Source: Escherichia coli (GTDB lineage Bacteria > Pseudomonadota > Gammaproteobacteria > Enterobacterales > Enterobacteriaceae). Taken from it: a stretch of DNA of 64,000 nucleotides. Location of the stretch: NCBI RefSeq assembly GCF_041886205.1, contig NZ_CP169029.1; one strand, given 5' to 3'. Positions 22,433 to 33,971 of the stretch are shown here, one piece after another (position 1 is the first letter of the stretch; each line of letters opens with the position of its first letter). Below the pieces are notes generated by a model, which ran no database searches, had not been told where the DNA came from, and saw only the letters and a list, made by a program, of their open reading frames with translations. A program made the position numbers and the translations under genes.

Positions 22433-24088
22433 TTAACTCATCACACGGTCGTCAACATACTGACGTTTATCCGGCGCTGGCGGGAAATACTGATACAGCC
22501 ATGTTTCACTGATAGCGTCCCCCTGACAACGCAGATACATCCGCATATCGACCGGATCAGTGGAGTCCGAAGTCGGATACCAGTCAAACTGAATACGATA
22601 ACCATCAATGGGTTCAATATAGAGAATTTCGATTTGCTTCGCTTCCCCACTGGAAAGCGTAATCACCGGCTCAATGCCTTTTGGCGCGGCAGCTTTCAGA
22701 TCACCACCAACGAAATCGACGGCAAAACGACGCGCCCATTTTTCGGGATAATGTTCACCTGGTGCCCAGCCTTCCGGGAAACCGCCCATGCCGGTACGCG
22801 TCGCCATAACGCGCGCTAATGGGCAATGAACAGGCGGTTGCGCACTCCAGTACAGACGATACTGGAATGCAAACTCATCACCCGCTTTTACAGCTTTTTC
22901 TGGCTGCCAGAAGCAGACAATGTTATCCAGCGTTTCGCCCGTTGTTGGGATTTCCATCAGGCCGATGGTGCCCTTACCCCACTTGTTACGCGGCTCCACC
23001 CACAGACTTGGGCGTTTGTTATACCAGCCCATAATGTCCTGATAATGGGAGAAATCACGATCCAGTTGCAATAAACCAAACCCTTTCGGGTTGTTGTCGG
23101 TATAAGCATTGAACTGCAATTTTTGTGGATTATTCAGCGGACGGCAAATCCACTCGCCGTTGCCCCGCCACATGGACAGACGATCAGAGTCATGAATTTG
23201 CGGATGAATTGTATCGCACATCCGACGTTCATTAGTACCGCAGCTGAACATGCTGGTCATCGGCGCAATGCCCAGCTGTTTAATGTCTTTGCGCGCATAC
23301 AGGTGATTTTCCACATCCATAATCACCTGACTTTTCTCACAATGGATAGTGAACTTATAGGCACCAGTAATGCTGGCGCTATCGAGCAACGCATAAACGG
23401 TAAAGGTAGTTGCCCCCGGTTTTACAGTATCAAACCAGAAGGCGGTAAAGTCGGGGAACTCTTCTTTACTGTCGGTGTAAGTGTCGATCGCCAGGCCGCG
23501 GGCCGACAAACCGTATTGATATGTATCATCAACGGCACGGAAATAACTCGCGCCGAGGAATGATACTACATCACGGCGCGCCAGTTCGGGGGCTTTAAAC
23601 ACGCGAAAACCGGCAAAGCCGAGATCGCTTTGCCCTTCTAATTGTTTGGTATCAACACCCGCATCGTTGTATTTGAACAACTCCGGGCGAAAGTGAATTT
23701 CACGCGCCAGATGTGTTGCTGGATCTACAGAAAACATACGAACGCGGCGACGGAATCCCATTCCCATATGGAAGAACTGAGCGTCCAGTTGACGGTTCTC
23801 AACGTTATGCCAGAGCGATTTTTCGGCGTCGTATTGAATACTGTTATAAGCCTGCGGCGTCATTGTCGCCAGCGTGTCAGGTAACGGACGCGGCGCACCA
23901 CGCCACGCTGTTTGCGCTAAGTCGTGCGCCATTGACTGTAGAATGGAGAAGTCAAAACGCTGGGTTTGCCCGTCGGCAATATCAGAATCTGCCGCGAATG
24001 CCGCCTGAGAAAAAAGAGAAGCAATGCCGCTGGTACCGCACACGGCGGCCATAGCCATTGAACCTTTAATAAATCGTCTACGATCCAT
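22433..24088 (-). CDS. opgD: Glucans biosynthesis protein D (OpgD/MdoD), 551 aa
   Basis: ORF 22433..24088; twin-arginine signal [15 protein letters not shown]. Confidence 0.9.
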   Translation of the reverse strand: MDRRRFIKGSMAMAAVCGTSGIASLFSQAAFAADSDIADGQTQRFDFSILQSMAHDLAQTAWRGAPRPLPDTLATMTPQAYNSIQYDAEKSLWHNVENRQLDAQFFHMGMGFRRRVRMFSVDPATHLAREIHFRPELFKYNDAGVDTKQLEGQSDLGFAGFRVFKAPELARRDVVSFLGASYFRAVDDTYQYGLSARGLAIDTYTDSKEEFPDFTAFWFDTVKPGATTFTVYALLDSASITGAYKFTIHCEKSQVIMDVENHLYARKDIKQLGIAPMTSMFSCGTNERRMCDTIHPQIHDSDRLSMWRGNGEWICRPLNNPQKLQFNAYTDNNPKGFGLLQLDRDFSHYQDIMGWYNKRPSLWVEPRNKWGKGTIGLMEIPTTGETLDNIVCFWQPEKAVKAGDEFAFQYRLYWSAQPPVHCPLARVMATRTGMGGFPEGWAPGEHYPEKWARRFAVDFVGGDLKAAAPKGIEPVITLSSGEAKQIEILYIEPIDGYRIQFDWYPTSDSTDPVDMRMYLRCQGDAISETWLYQYFPPAPDKRQYVDDRVMS

Positions 24089-24312
24089 ACCTGAAAGTGA
24101 GTCCTTCTGGTGTTGTGAATGGTCCCGCGCTGGTCGTTTTCAGCGGCAAGAAAGTGCTTATTTATGACCGCTCACTCTAGACAATATTTATTAATAATCC
24201 AATTGTTGAACTGAGAGAATATGCATAAATCGGCATTTTTTTTATGTCGATGGGATGAGCCTGATTCGTTTGTAAAATCAGGCAAATTTTTGCAAAGGCG
24301 GATGGTCTGAAT

Positions 24313-25656
24313 TTAAAGCAAACCACAGCGACGTTTACTGCGTTCTTCCGCTTCCTGATAAAGCTGGAACTCATCCAAAACCGGACAACCCAACGCCTGC
24401 TCAAATGCTTCGCGACTGGCATTACCGTGACTGCGTGTCTGCGTTTCATTACCCAGATTTGACTGGAAGATCCCCGCCGCGCTAACGGGCAAGAAATCTT
24501 CATAGGTAATGGGTTGCGCCGCGACCCAACCACGTTCAATTAAGGGCTGTGGATCGTCTCCGGGATGAATCGCTTGACGATGCGCCTCACCTGAAGGCGT
24601 CAGACGGTACCGGAACCATGCCAGCCCTTGCTGACGCATTAAAAACTCACTGTCAGGAAAAGTGCGGAAGGTTTCCTGTAAATGCATTTGGTGAGTGAGA
24701 TTATCCTGCCCGGTTCCAGCGTTACGCAGAAGATCATCATACAGTTGTCGCCCTTTCGGCGTTAATGCCACGCCACGCTGCTCAATTTCACCAAAGCGCG
24801 CAGTATGCGTGCCCTGTTTCTGCCCCGCAAACAACACCGTCTCTTCCAGTGCTTTAAAGCTGGTCTGGCGTAGTAAAATCGGTACCTCGCGGCGCGGCGG
24901 CCCTTCGATCAGAATTTTGGGTTCAATCCCGCATTCAGGCATCATCGACTGCACCCGGTCAATATCCAGCGTACGTGGCGTCAGGTGGTTGATATGGCAT
25001 CCAGGGAAACAGACCACATCAGCAATCAACCGATGTTCGTTGTGCAAGGCGCGATAGGTTTCTTCATCTACCGTTGCTGACTGGTGCCAGCGAAACGTTT
25101 CCAGGGCTTCCTGCACAAACTCCTGTGCCTGTGTTTCGTTAAAACCGCCCAGCTGCTCATATTCCTCTAACAGTTGTCGACAACGTGGGGTGAAGATATC
25201 GCGCTGACGCAGAATCTCCGCCGCTTTCTGGCGCAAAATTTCGTTCTCGATAAGCTCAAGGCGGAGTAAGGAGGTAAAAACGCGGAAGGGATTACGCGCC
25301 AGAGAAGCATCATCAATGGGCCGAAATGCTGTCGAATGTACCGGCACCCCTGCCTGCGAGAGATCGTAATAGCTCACCGGGTACATCCCCATAATGGCAA
25401 ACATCCGCCGAAGAGTAGCAAGCTCTTGTGCAGTCCCAACGCGAATCGCCCCATGACGTTCAACATTCAGTCGCGCCAGCTCGTCTGCATTTACCATTTT
25501 TTCGTGCAGTTGAGGATTGTTTTCCAGCACAGCCAGATTCACATCAGCTACCAGTTCCAGCAGCGTGCCGTACTGCGGAACTTCTTGCTGGTACATGGCT
25601 GACATTGCCTGCGAAAACTGTTCCCGAATCTCATCCGCCGTGATGCTGTTCGCCAT
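24313..25656 (-). CDS. ydcJ: Uncharacterised protein YdcJ (DUF1338), 447 aa
   Basis: ORF 24313..25656; synteny between opgD and ydcI. Confidence 0.85.
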   Translation of the reverse strand: MANSITADEIREQFSQAMSAMYQQEVPQYGTLLELVADVNLAVLENNPQLHEKMVNADELARLNVERHGAIRVGTAQELATLRRMFAIMGMYPVSYYDLSQAGVPVHSTAFRPIDDASLARNPFRVFTSLLRLELIENEILRQKAAEILRQRDIFTPRCRQLLEEYEQLGGFNETQAQEFVQEALETFRWHQSATVDEETYRALHNEHRLIADVVCFPGCHINHLTPRTLDIDRVQSMMPECGIEPKILIEGPPRREVPILLRQTSFKALEETVLFAGQKQGTHTARFGEIEQRGVALTPKGRQLYDDLLRNAGTGQDNLTHQMHLQETFRTFPDSEFLMRQQGLAWFRYRLTPSGEAHRQAIHPGDDPQPLIERGWVAAQPITYEDFLPVSAAGIFQSNLGNETQTRSHGNASREAFEQALGCPVLDEFQLYQEAEERSKRRCGLL

Positions 25657-25872
25657 AGTGTCTGCCTCCAGTGGTCAGTAATCTGGAGTGTAGGTAACCG
25701 CATTCACTCTGGCGGGAAGAATTTACAAACTGTGATCTCGCCGCGAAAACATCAATATTATCCATTTTGCTGTAACACAATTGCTTTAATTGTTAATAAT
25801 ATTTTGCAATCAAGTTATCATAATCAAACAACTTCACTTGTCAGCGACACCGCTTCGTTTTTAACATCGCTT

Positions 25873-26796
25873 ATGGAAAAAAATAGTCTGTTTAGTCAGC
25901 GCATCCGTTTGCGCCACCTTCATACATTCGTAGCTGTCGCACAACAAGGAACTTTGGGGCGCGCGGCTGAAACCCTTAATTTGAGTCAACCTGCGCTCTC
26001 TAAGACATTGAATGAACTAGAGCAGCTGACGGGCGCTCGCTTGTTTGAGCGTGGTCGTCAGGGGGCGCAACTTACCTTACCCGGCGAACAATTTTTAACG
26101 CATGCAGTCAGAGTTCTTGACGCCATCAACACTGCCGGACAGTCGCTTCATCGTAAAGAAGGTCTTAATAATGATGTCGTCAGGGTTGGTGCACTACCTA
26201 CTGCGGCACTGGGGATATTACCTTCGGTTATAGGTCAGTTTCATCAGCAACAAAAAGAGACGACCTTGCAAGTTGCGACAATGAGTAACCCTATGATTCT
26301 GGCGGGTTTAAAAACCGGGGAAATCGATATCGGCATTGGTCGGATGTCAGATCCTGAACTGATGACCGGGCTTAATTACGAACTGCTGTTTCTTGAATCG
26401 CTGAAGCTGGTTGTCCGCCCTAATCACCCGCTACTTCAGGAGAACGTAACGCTAAGCCGGGTGCTGGAATGGCCGGTCGTTGTATCACCAGAAGGCACTG
26501 CGCCACGCCAGCATTCAGATGCATTAGTACAGAGCCAGGGCTGTAAAATTCCTTCGGGTTGTATCGAAACGCTGTCTGCTTCGCTATCTCGTCAACTTAC
26601 GGTTGAATACGATTACGTGTGGTTTGTCCCTTCTGGCGCTGTAAAAGACGACCTGCGTCATGCCACGCTGGTGGCCCTGCCTGTTCCGGGACATGGTGCA
26701 GGCGAACCGATTGGAATACTGACCCGCGTAGATGCGACGTTCTCTTCTGGTTGCCAGTTGATGATTAATGCTATTCGAAAATCAATGCCGTTCTGA
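25873..26796 (+). CDS. ydcI: LysR-family transcriptional regulator YdcI, 307 aa
   Basis: ORF 25732..26796; ATG at 25873 (MEKNSLFSQRIRLRHLHTF); LysR HTH. Confidence 0.85.
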   Translation: MEKNSLFSQRIRLRHLHTFVAVAQQGTLGRAAETLNLSQPALSKTLNELEQLTGARLFERGRQGAQLTLPGEQFLTHAVRVLDAINTAGQSLHRKEGLNNDVVRVGALPTAALGILPSVIGQFHQQQKETTLQVATMSNPMILAGLKTGEIDIGIGRMSDPELMTGLNYELLFLESLKLVVRPNHPLLQENVTLSRVLEWPVVVSPEGTAPRQHSDALVQSQGCKIPSGCIETLSASLSRQLTVEYDYVWFVPSGAVKDDLRHATLVALPVPGHGAGEPIGILTRVDATFSSGCQLMINAIRKSMPF

Positions 26797-26803
26797 AAGG
26801 TGA

Positions 26804-26821
26804 AGGGATCTGTCGATCCCT
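26804..26821. terminator. Hairpin between convergent ydcI and trg; probable shared terminator
   Basis: AGGGATC-tgtc-GATCCCT inverted repeat. Confidence 0.45.
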
Positions 26822-26833
26822 CCTTGAACATTT

Positions 26834-28474
26834 TCACACCGTAGCGAAACTAACTGGTTCACCCGCTCCGCGAGGTTCTGCCGACACAGAATGTTTGTGC
26901 AGACGGAATACATCCACCGCCTCAGTTAATCGTGCCGCCTGTTCTTCAAGGGACACCGCCGCCGCTGAGGCCTCTTCTACCAGAGAAGCATTCTGTTGCG
27001 TCACCTTATCCATTTCAGAAATCGCCTGGCTAACCTGCGTTATGCCTCTACTTTGTTCATCCGAGGCGGCGGCGATTTCCTGCATGATATGTGTGACACT
27101 CGCGACGGCATCAACAATAGTGCTCATGGTTTTCCCTGCCGTTGCCACCTCATCCGACCCCAGGTCAATTAACCTGACTGATTCACTGATCAAGCCTTCA
27201 ATCTCTTTCGCCGCCTGAGCGCTGCGACTTGCGAGTGTCCGTACTTCGCTGGCGACAACGGCAAATCCACGCCCTTGCTCACCCGCTCGCGCGGCTTCAA
27301 CGGCAGCATTCAGTGCCAGAATATTCGTCTGGAAAGCAATACTGTTGATGACGGCGGTGATCTCAGAAATTTTCTTCGAACTCGTGGAGATAGCGCCCAT
27401 CGTTTTTACTACACCGGAAACCGTCTGCCCGCCATCGCTGGCTTTAATAGAAGCCTCTTGCGCCAGTTTACTGGCATAATGCGCGTTATCCGCATTCTGT
27501 TTCACCGTCGCAGTGAGTTGCTCCATGCTGGCGGCAGTTTGTTCAATTGCCGCCGCTTGTTCTTCGGTGCGAGATGAAAGATCCGCATTGCCAGCGGAAA
27601 TTTCGCTGGTGCCACGATAAATCTCTTCCGCGCCCTGTCGAACAGTCCCTACTGTCATCCCCAGTGAATGCTGCATTTGCTGTAAATGACGACTTAAGCG
27701 ACCGATTTCATTACGACCCGCCGGTTCATCATTCATCGTCAGATCGCCACTGGCGATTTTTTCAATCCGTTGTGCGGCATGTTGCAGTGGACGAATGACG
27801 ATCCGACGTAGCACCATAAATGTTATCAGCGTCATGACCAGGGCAAGCACAAACGCGCCAATCATAAACATCCCACCCAGGCTGGTGCGCTGATGGGCCA
27901 GTTCCGCCAGTTGGTTGGCTCTGGTGCTACGTATCTTAACGGCTTTGTTCAAAATATCGGTATAAGCATTATCCAGCGTTCGGATCTGCTCACTTTCATG
28001 ATTGATAATCGCTTCAAACATGCCATTTTTGGCATATTTCATCATAGGTTGCATACCCGTGATATAAGCCTGGAAGCGTTGATTTAATTCAGTGTCGAGG
28101 GCTTCATCAGCAGGTGTTTTCACCGGCCGATTCTGATAAGCACGATAACCTTGCTGCGACTGTTTAATCTCCGATTCGGCTTGCGCAATATTTCGCTTCA
28201 TTGCTTCCATTTCCGCAATACGACTCGCAGCCCCGGCCTGAATCATATTGATCCGGGCTGAACGCAAAAAATCTGAACTGTTCGCTAACCCGGTCCGAAT
28301 CTCAATCTCCGCAGTAACATCACGCTGATCGCGATCGGCCTGCCAGAGGAAATAGCCAGCCAGGGCTGAACTTAATGCGAATAGAACTAAGATACCGCCT
28401 AGAATGCAGGCAAATAACGGAACCAATCTGATGTGATGCAAAAAACCTAATCGCTGTGAGGGAGTTGTATTCAT
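26834..28474 (-). CDS. trg: Methyl-accepting chemotaxis protein III (ribose/galactose sensor) Trg, 546 aa
   Basis: ORF 26834..28474; two TM segments, HAMP and conserved MCP signalling domain. Confidence 0.9.
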   Translation of the reverse strand: MNTTPSQRLGFLHHIRLVPLFACILGGILVLFALSSALAGYFLWQADRDQRDVTAEIEIRTGLANSSDFLRSARINMIQAGAASRIAEMEAMKRNIAQAESEIKQSQQGYRAYQNRPVKTPADEALDTELNQRFQAYITGMQPMMKYAKNGMFEAIINHESEQIRTLDNAYTDILNKAVKIRSTRANQLAELAHQRTSLGGMFMIGAFVLALVMTLITFMVLRRIVIRPLQHAAQRIEKIASGDLTMNDEPAGRNEIGRLSRHLQQMQHSLGMTVGTVRQGAEEIYRGTSEISAGNADLSSRTEEQAAAIEQTAASMEQLTATVKQNADNAHYASKLAQEASIKASDGGQTVSGVVKTMGAISTSSKKISEITAVINSIAFQTNILALNAAVEAARAGEQGRGFAVVASEVRTLASRSAQAAKEIEGLISESVRLIDLGSDEVATAGKTMSTIVDAVASVTHIMQEIAAASDEQSRGITQVSQAISEMDKVTQQNASLVEEASAAAVSLEEQAARLTEAVDVFRLHKHSVSAEPRGAGEPVSFATV

Positions 28475-28513
28475 TACCGTTGTCTCTCGTCCAGGTTTAC
28501 TCCTGATAGAAAG

Positions 28514-28540
28514 TCATCGGCATTTGACGGTAATTACTTA
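28514..28540 (-). promoter_or_regulatory. Candidate sigma-28 (FliA) promoter of trg
   Basis: Minus strand TAAG-N15-GCCGATGA close to TAAA-N15-GCCGATAA consensus, ~40-65 bp upstream of trg start. Confidence 0.45.
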
Positions 28541-28794
28541 CGACTAAAAGCCTCTTTGCGTCACATTTTTACAACAATTATTGCAGAGAAGATTAATGCT
28601 ATTGGAATGAAGAGAGTAACGAATGGCTAAACCGAATGACGAAAAATTCTGGAAAACAGCACGCAATTTCGTGAAGTGATTATTTCGTCCCTAAGGAAAC
28701 CTCATAGGATGCCTGCGGGTGCCTGAGACTTTCTGTTTTCAGGCTAACCGGGAATCAGAAAGACGAAGGCCCAGACCGATATTTCTATCAACCG

Positions 28795-29012
<218 letters not shown>

Positions 29013-29083
29013 GGGCAAGCGCGGGGATTTTCCCCGTGCATCTGACTAGCGGATTCATTTTCTCATGGCACCCCTTTTACACT

Positions 29084-29257
29084 TCAGTTAGTGCATGTTT
29101 TTTTCGATGCACTAATAGAACCATCATTACAGACAAATTTGCCGCCTGCCGTACAGTGTGAGATCCCCCCTTTCGAACCAGAACAGGGTTAGCGCCCGGC
29201 ATCGGCATAAAAGGAAACAAGCGTTCCCATAAACAAAATAAGTGCCAGTTTTTTCAT
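29084..29257 (-). pseudogene. ydcA: ydcA interrupted by ochre stop at codon 23 (58-codon frame otherwise intact)
   Basis: Minus-strand translation [63 protein letters not shown]; stop at 29189..29191. Confidence 0.7.
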
Positions 29258-29427
29258 ATAATCTCCATGGTTTATCGAATCTTATGTTCGATTTGAACGT
29301 TATACGCTGGTTTATTTTGATACCGTTGATGAGATCAAAGATCGGGTGAATTGATTAAAGATAAGCCAGATGAACGTATGGACAAGGATTATGGTTTTAT
29401 TTGTCATACAAATAAATATAATAGGCG

Positions 29428-29491
29428 CTTCCGATGTAGACCCGTATTCTTCGCCTGTACCACGGGTCGGTTTTAGTACAGGCGTTTTCTT
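29428..29491 (+). ncRNA. rydC: Hfq-dependent sRNA RydC, ~64 nt
   Basis: CTTCCGATGTAGACCCGTATTCTTCGCCTGTACCACGGGTCGGTTTTAGTACAGGCGTTTTCTT matches recalled RydC sequence; TATAAT -10 at 29417..29422; terminator hairpin plus U-run. Confidence 0.8.
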
Positions 29492-29501
29492 GAAATATCC
29501 T

Positions 29502-30032
29502 TCAGGAACGTTTACGCGGCATCATGCGTAGAAGTGTGTTGTCCTTCCAGAAATAGTGGTGTGCCAGTGCAGCCGCAGCGTGCAACCCGATGACAAAATA
29601 TCCCAGATTCGCCAGCGTTTCATGCCACGACTTTAAGCTATCTACCCGTTCGAAATTGGCCTCTGAAGCGTAAGGCATCGTCAAACCAAACGCAAACCAC
29701 GGGTTACCCCGGTTATACATCATCACCAAACCAATCACTGGCAGCGCAATAAACAGGAGATAAATCACCAAATGTCCCAAATGCGCCAGTCCCGTCATCA
29801 TCGGTTTTGGCTTAGGTATAATCGGCGGGGTTGGGTATTTCAGCCTTAACAAAAGACGAACGACCATCAGCACGAGAATTGAGATGCCGCAGGAAACATG
29901 AATCATGTTGATGAGCGGCCGATCGCTACGTGGGAAGAAACCACGAAACTCCATTGCGCAATACGCTGCGATAACCAGTAAAAAGACCAGCCAGTGAATG
30001 CTGATTTGTAACCTTGAGTATTTATTTTCCAT
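29502..30032 (-). CDS. cybB: Cytochrome b561 CybB, 176 aa
   Basis: ORF 29502..30068; ATG at 30032 (MENKYSRLQISIHWLVFLL); four TM helices with conserved His. Confidence 0.9.
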   Translation of the reverse strand: MENKYSRLQISIHWLVFLLVIAAYCAMEFRGFFPRSDRPLINMIHVSCGISILVLMVVRLLLRLKYPTPPIIPKPKPMMTGLAHLGHLVIYLLFIALPVIGLVMMYNRGNPWFAFGLTMPYASEANFERVDSLKSWHETLANLGYFVIGLHAAAALAHHYFWKDNTLLRMMPRKRS

Positions 30033-30220
30033 AACATTTCCTGCTTTAACATAATTTTCTGTTAACATAACGGGCTTTTCTCAAAATTTCATTAAATATT
30101 GTTCACCCGTTTTCAGTACGTTACGTTTCACTGTAAGAATGGAGATTGCCCATCCCACAATCCTGGTCTAAGCCTGGAAAGGATCAATTTTCATCCGAAT
30201 GTTCCTGACAGGAGAAAACC

Positions 30221-31222
30221 ATGAGTAAAGTTGGTATTAACGGTTTTGGTCGTATCGGTCGACTGGTGTTGCGTCGATTACTTGAAGTCAAAAGCAACAT
30301 AGACGTTGTCGCTATTAATGATCTCACTTCCCCAAAAATTCTCGCCTACCTGCTGAAACATGATTCAAACTACGGACCATTCCCCTGGAGCGTTGATTTT
30401 ACGGAAGATTCACTTATCGTTGATGGGAAAAGTATCGCGGTTTACGCCGAAAAAGAGGCTAAAAATATTCCGTGGAAAGCGAAAGGTGCAGAAATCATTG
30501 TCGAATGTACTGGCTTTTATACCTCCGCCGATAAATCGCAGGCGCATCTTGATGCTGGTGCGAAGAAGGTGTTGATTTCCGCTCCTGCCGGTGAAATGAA
30601 AACCATCGTTTATAACGTTAATGACGACACTCTGGATGGCAACGACACCATTGTTTCCGTGGCGTCATGCACCACTAACTGCCTTGCGCCGATGGCCAAA
30701 GCCTTGCATGACAGTTTCGGGATAGAAGTCGGCACGATGACGACCATTCATGCCTATACTGGCACCCAGTCACTGGTGGATGGCCCACGTGGTAAAGATT
30801 TACGTGCTTCACGCGCAGCGGCAGAAAATATCATTCCCCACACTACGGGGGCGGCAAAAGCCATTGGTCTGGTGATCCCGGAACTGAGCGGCAAACTGAA
30901 AGGTCATGCGCAACGCGTGCCGGTGAAAACAGGTTCGGTCACTGAACTGGTATCGATTCTCGGAAAAAAAGTGACTGCCGAAGAGGTGAATAACGCACTT
31001 AAACAAGCAACCACCAATAACGAGTCATTTGGTTATACCGATGAAGAAATAGTCTCTTCCGATATCATTGGCAGCCATTTCGGTTCGGTGTTTGATGCCA
31101 CGCAAACGGAAATTACCGCCGTGGGGGATTTACAACTGGTGAAAACGGTCGCCTGGTACGATAACGAATATGGCTTCGTCACGCAGCTTATTCGCACCCT
31201 CGAAAAATTCGCTAAACTCTGA
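30221..31222 (+). CDS. gapC: Glyceraldehyde-3-phosphate dehydrogenase GapC, intact 333 aa
   Basis: Uninterrupted ORF 30221..31222; NAD-binding GxGxxG (NGFGRIGR) and catalytic SCTTNC motif. Confidence 0.9.
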   Translation: MSKVGINGFGRIGRLVLRRLLEVKSNIDVVAINDLTSPKILAYLLKHDSNYGPFPWSVDFTEDSLIVDGKSIAVYAEKEAKNIPWKAKGAEIIVECTGFYTSADKSQAHLDAGAKKVLISAPAGEMKTIVYNVNDDTLDGNDTIVSVASCTTNCLAPMAKALHDSFGIEVGTMTTIHAYTGTQSLVDGPRGKDLRASRAAAENIIPHTTGAAKAIGLVIPELSGKLKGHAQRVPVKTGSVTELVSILGKKVTAEEVNNALKQATTNNESFGYTDEEIVSSDIIGSHFGSVFDATQTEITAVGDLQLVKTVAWYDNEYGFVTQLIRTLEKFAKL

Positions 31223-31230
31223 CGCGCACA

Positions 31231-31258
31231 GGCGGAGGAAAAAACCTCCGCCTCTTTC
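31231..31258 (+). terminator. Rho-independent terminator after gapC
   Basis: Hairpin GGCGGAGG-aaaaaa-CCTCCGCC followed by TCTTTC. Confidence 0.6.
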
Positions 31259-31263
31259 ACTCA

Positions 31264-32703
31264 TTAAGACTGTAAATAAACCACCTGGGTCTGCAGATAT
31301 TCATGCAGGCCATGTTTACCATCTGCGCCGCCAATACCGGATTTACGCCATCCGGCGTGGAAGCCTTGCATAGCTTCGAAGTTTTCACGGTTGATGTAAG
31401 TTTCACCAAACTTCAGCCCTTTAATGGCTTTCATCGCGACGTTCAGATTTTGGGTATAGATTGATGAGGTCAGGCCGTAATCACTGTCATTAGCCATTGA
31501 GATAGCATCTTCCAGCGTGTCAAATGCGACAACTGGCAGCACCGGGCCAAAGGTTTCCTCATGCATAATCGACATTTCCTGGCGAACATCCAGCAGCAAT
31601 GTCGGCGGATAATAATATCCTTTCCCCTCTACCGCTTTGCCACCCAACGCCACTCTCGCCCCTTCTTCTACTGCGCGCGCCACTTTTTGCTCGACCCTTT
31701 CCAGCGCCGCGGCGTTAATCAACGGCCCCATCGCAATGTCGTTGCGTTCAGCGGGGTTACCAAATTGAACCGCCTGCATCGCTTCACCCAGCCGATTGAC
31801 GAACTGATCATAAATGCCTTTCTGTACATAAACACGTTCTGCACAGTTACACACTTGCCCACTATTAATGACGCGTGAATCAACGATGGCTTTGACTGCC
31901 AGTTCAAGATCGGCATCGTCCATTACGATAGCTGGTGCTTTACCACCCAATTCCAGACACACTTTAGTGATGTTTTTCGCCGCAGTCGCCATGATCTTCT
32001 CACCTGCAGAGACGCTGCCTGTCATACTGACCATTGCGACCTTTGGGTTACCCGCCAGTTCTTGCCCAACGGTTTCACCACGCCCCAGAACAAGGTTAAA
32101 CACGCCGCGCGGAAGGCCTATTTCATCGACGATTTTGGCGAATGCAATCGCATTGTTTGGCGTAAATTCACTGGGTTTAATGACGATGGTATTACCGGTC
32201 AAAAGAGCGGGAGCCATTTTGCGGGCAATGAGGAAGAACGGGAAGTTCCACGGCAGAATGCCGGTAGTCACGCCAAGTGCACGTTTAAACAGAAGAATAT
32301 TTTCTCCTGGACGATCGCTTTGAATAATCTCGCCCTCGTAACGCCGTGCCCACTCCGCCATGTAATCGATATAGTCCGCAGTAAAAGCCACTTCGACTTC
32401 AGCCAGCTGCTGGATCTTGCCCCCTTCTTCAACAATCAGCGCACTGATTTCACTGGCGCGTTCGCGGATCCCGGCGGAGATTTTGCGCAACCAACTGGCG
32501 CGTTCAATGGCAGGCAACGCTTCCCATTCTGGTTGTGTACGTTCTGCTGCATCGATTGCCTTACGGGCATCCTCGGCCTGACCATCGGGAATGCTGGAAA
32601 TGACAGCCTCTGTAGCAGGGTTTACCACATCAATCCATGCGTCTCCACGCCAGGTAACAAACTGTCCATCAATATACATAGGATGTTGAACGGGTACTGA
32701 CAT
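31264..32703 (-). CDS. aldA: Lactaldehyde dehydrogenase AldA, 479 aa
   Basis: ORF 31264..32703; aldehyde dehydrogenase family. Confidence 0.9.
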   Translation of the reverse strand: MSVPVQHPMYIDGQFVTWRGDAWIDVVNPATEAVISSIPDGQAEDARKAIDAAERTQPEWEALPAIERASWLRKISAGIRERASEISALIVEEGGKIQQLAEVEVAFTADYIDYMAEWARRYEGEIIQSDRPGENILLFKRALGVTTGILPWNFPFFLIARKMAPALLTGNTIVIKPSEFTPNNAIAFAKIVDEIGLPRGVFNLVLGRGETVGQELAGNPKVAMVSMTGSVSAGEKIMATAAKNITKVCLELGGKAPAIVMDDADLELAVKAIVDSRVINSGQVCNCAERVYVQKGIYDQFVNRLGEAMQAVQFGNPAERNDIAMGPLINAAALERVEQKVARAVEEGARVALGGKAVEGKGYYYPPTLLLDVRQEMSIMHEETFGPVLPVVAFDTLEDAISMANDSDYGLTSSIYTQNLNVAMKAIKGLKFGETYINRENFEAMQGFHAGWRKSGIGGADGKHGLHEYLQTQVVYLQS

Positions 32704-32899
32704 GGGCGACTCCTGTGATTTATATGTTTGTTTTCGGTGAATGCATTGTTAATTAACATCAATCATCAGAGAGACGGCATCGTGAAAGGACAATTCTGTG
32801 AAGGGCTTCATAAAAACAAGTGTAAAAGGAATAAGAGGCAGAAATAAAAGGCAGGAGTTATGCCCGTTTGCAAACAAGTGGTTCACAAACGGGCAATTT

Positions 32900-33700
32900 T
32901 TAACGTAACGAGCGACTTTCCATCGCCTCGATGAGCACCGCATCGTGTTTCAGCGTTTGCCATGCATGGATGACTTCTGCCGGAAAATCAACGTGAACGA
33001 TAAAATCTCGCCCGCGGGGACCGTAGCCATCGCTATCATCGCGTAAACGCGGCAGCTCGCCAGTGAGTAGTGATAGATAACGCTCAACCGGCCATAATCC
33101 TTGTAACTGATTAATAAAGATTACACTGTCTACGTTATTTCCTAACTGAGGAACGAATCCGGGATAACTTAACCAGCGTGGTGCATCGGGATTGTCCCCG
33201 GTCATACGGCGGAACGTCGCCATCGTGCGCCGCTGCATGGTGGGGTCCTGAACAACGATAGCCGTATGAACTCGTTCTACGGCCTGATTCAATAGCGCGA
33301 TGCTAAAGCGTGCGTTTTCACCGCAGTTTGTTGACTGGTCTTCAATCCAGATTTTTTCATGCGGAATATGCCAGAACTGATGAGCGATATCCGCCAGGAT
33401 GGTCGCTTCTGCTCTGCCAGTGGTGCGGATAGTGTTGTAGTGCGGATGCTGTGCGATGGCGCTATACAAAAAAGTTGTCGAGTGACCGATACCACCACTA
33501 ATCAGTAAAGGAATTTGCTGATCGCGGGCAATCTTACATGCCGCATCGATAGTCGGCATAACCGCATTGCCTGCAAGGATCACGCAATCGGCCTGATACG
33601 GCACCTCACCGGAGAAATCATCCTGCGCCAGCCACTGTCCAATAACATTTATGGCATCTATGGTTGCCGTCGAAAGCGTCGGAAACGGGGTATTGTTCAT
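32900..33700 (-). CDS. ydcF: DUF218-family protein YdcF, 266 aa
   Basis: ORF 32900..33700; synteny between aldA and hrpA. Confidence 0.85.
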   Translation of the reverse strand: MNNTPFPTLSTATIDAINVIGQWLAQDDFSGEVPYQADCVILAGNAVMPTIDAACKIARDQQIPLLISGGIGHSTTFLYSAIAQHPHYNTIRTTGRAEATILADIAHQFWHIPHEKIWIEDQSTNCGENARFSIALLNQAVERVHTAIVVQDPTMQRRTMATFRRMTGDNPDAPRWLSYPGFVPQLGNNVDSVIFINQLQGLWPVERYLSLLTGELPRLRDDSDGYGPRGRDFIVHVDFPAEVIHAWQTLKHDAVLIEAMESRSLR

Positions 33701-33911
33701 GGTTCCTCCTTATCGTTCCCTTAAGAATACTGCGTGAGATAATAGTGAGAAGCGGAGCACTCTGAAAGGAGGAAGTCGTATTTCCTTAACCGCCACTCCG
33801 CAAGCCTGACATATCTTTTAAGGAAATGCTGTAGATAAACATTATTCATCTTGCAGCAGAGAATTGTATTTTTCTGAATTCCTGAATTTTTGCCCTTACC
33901 GTTTTAGAATT

Positions 33912-33947
33912 AATAAAAAACCCGGCGCTAAATGCTTACCGGGTTTT
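33912..33947 (-). terminator. Rho-independent terminator for hrpA
   Basis: Minus-strand hairpin AAAACCCGG...CCGGGTTTT followed by UUUUUU. Confidence 0.6.
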
Positions 33948-33971
33948 AGATTTATCAGGCAAATAGCAGTG

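Noticed and set aside
24262-24290. Hairpin GCCTGATT...AATCAGGC downstream of ydcJ as a possible terminator
   Set aside because: No clear U-tract on the ydcJ (minus) transcript; may be structural, but not confidently a terminator.
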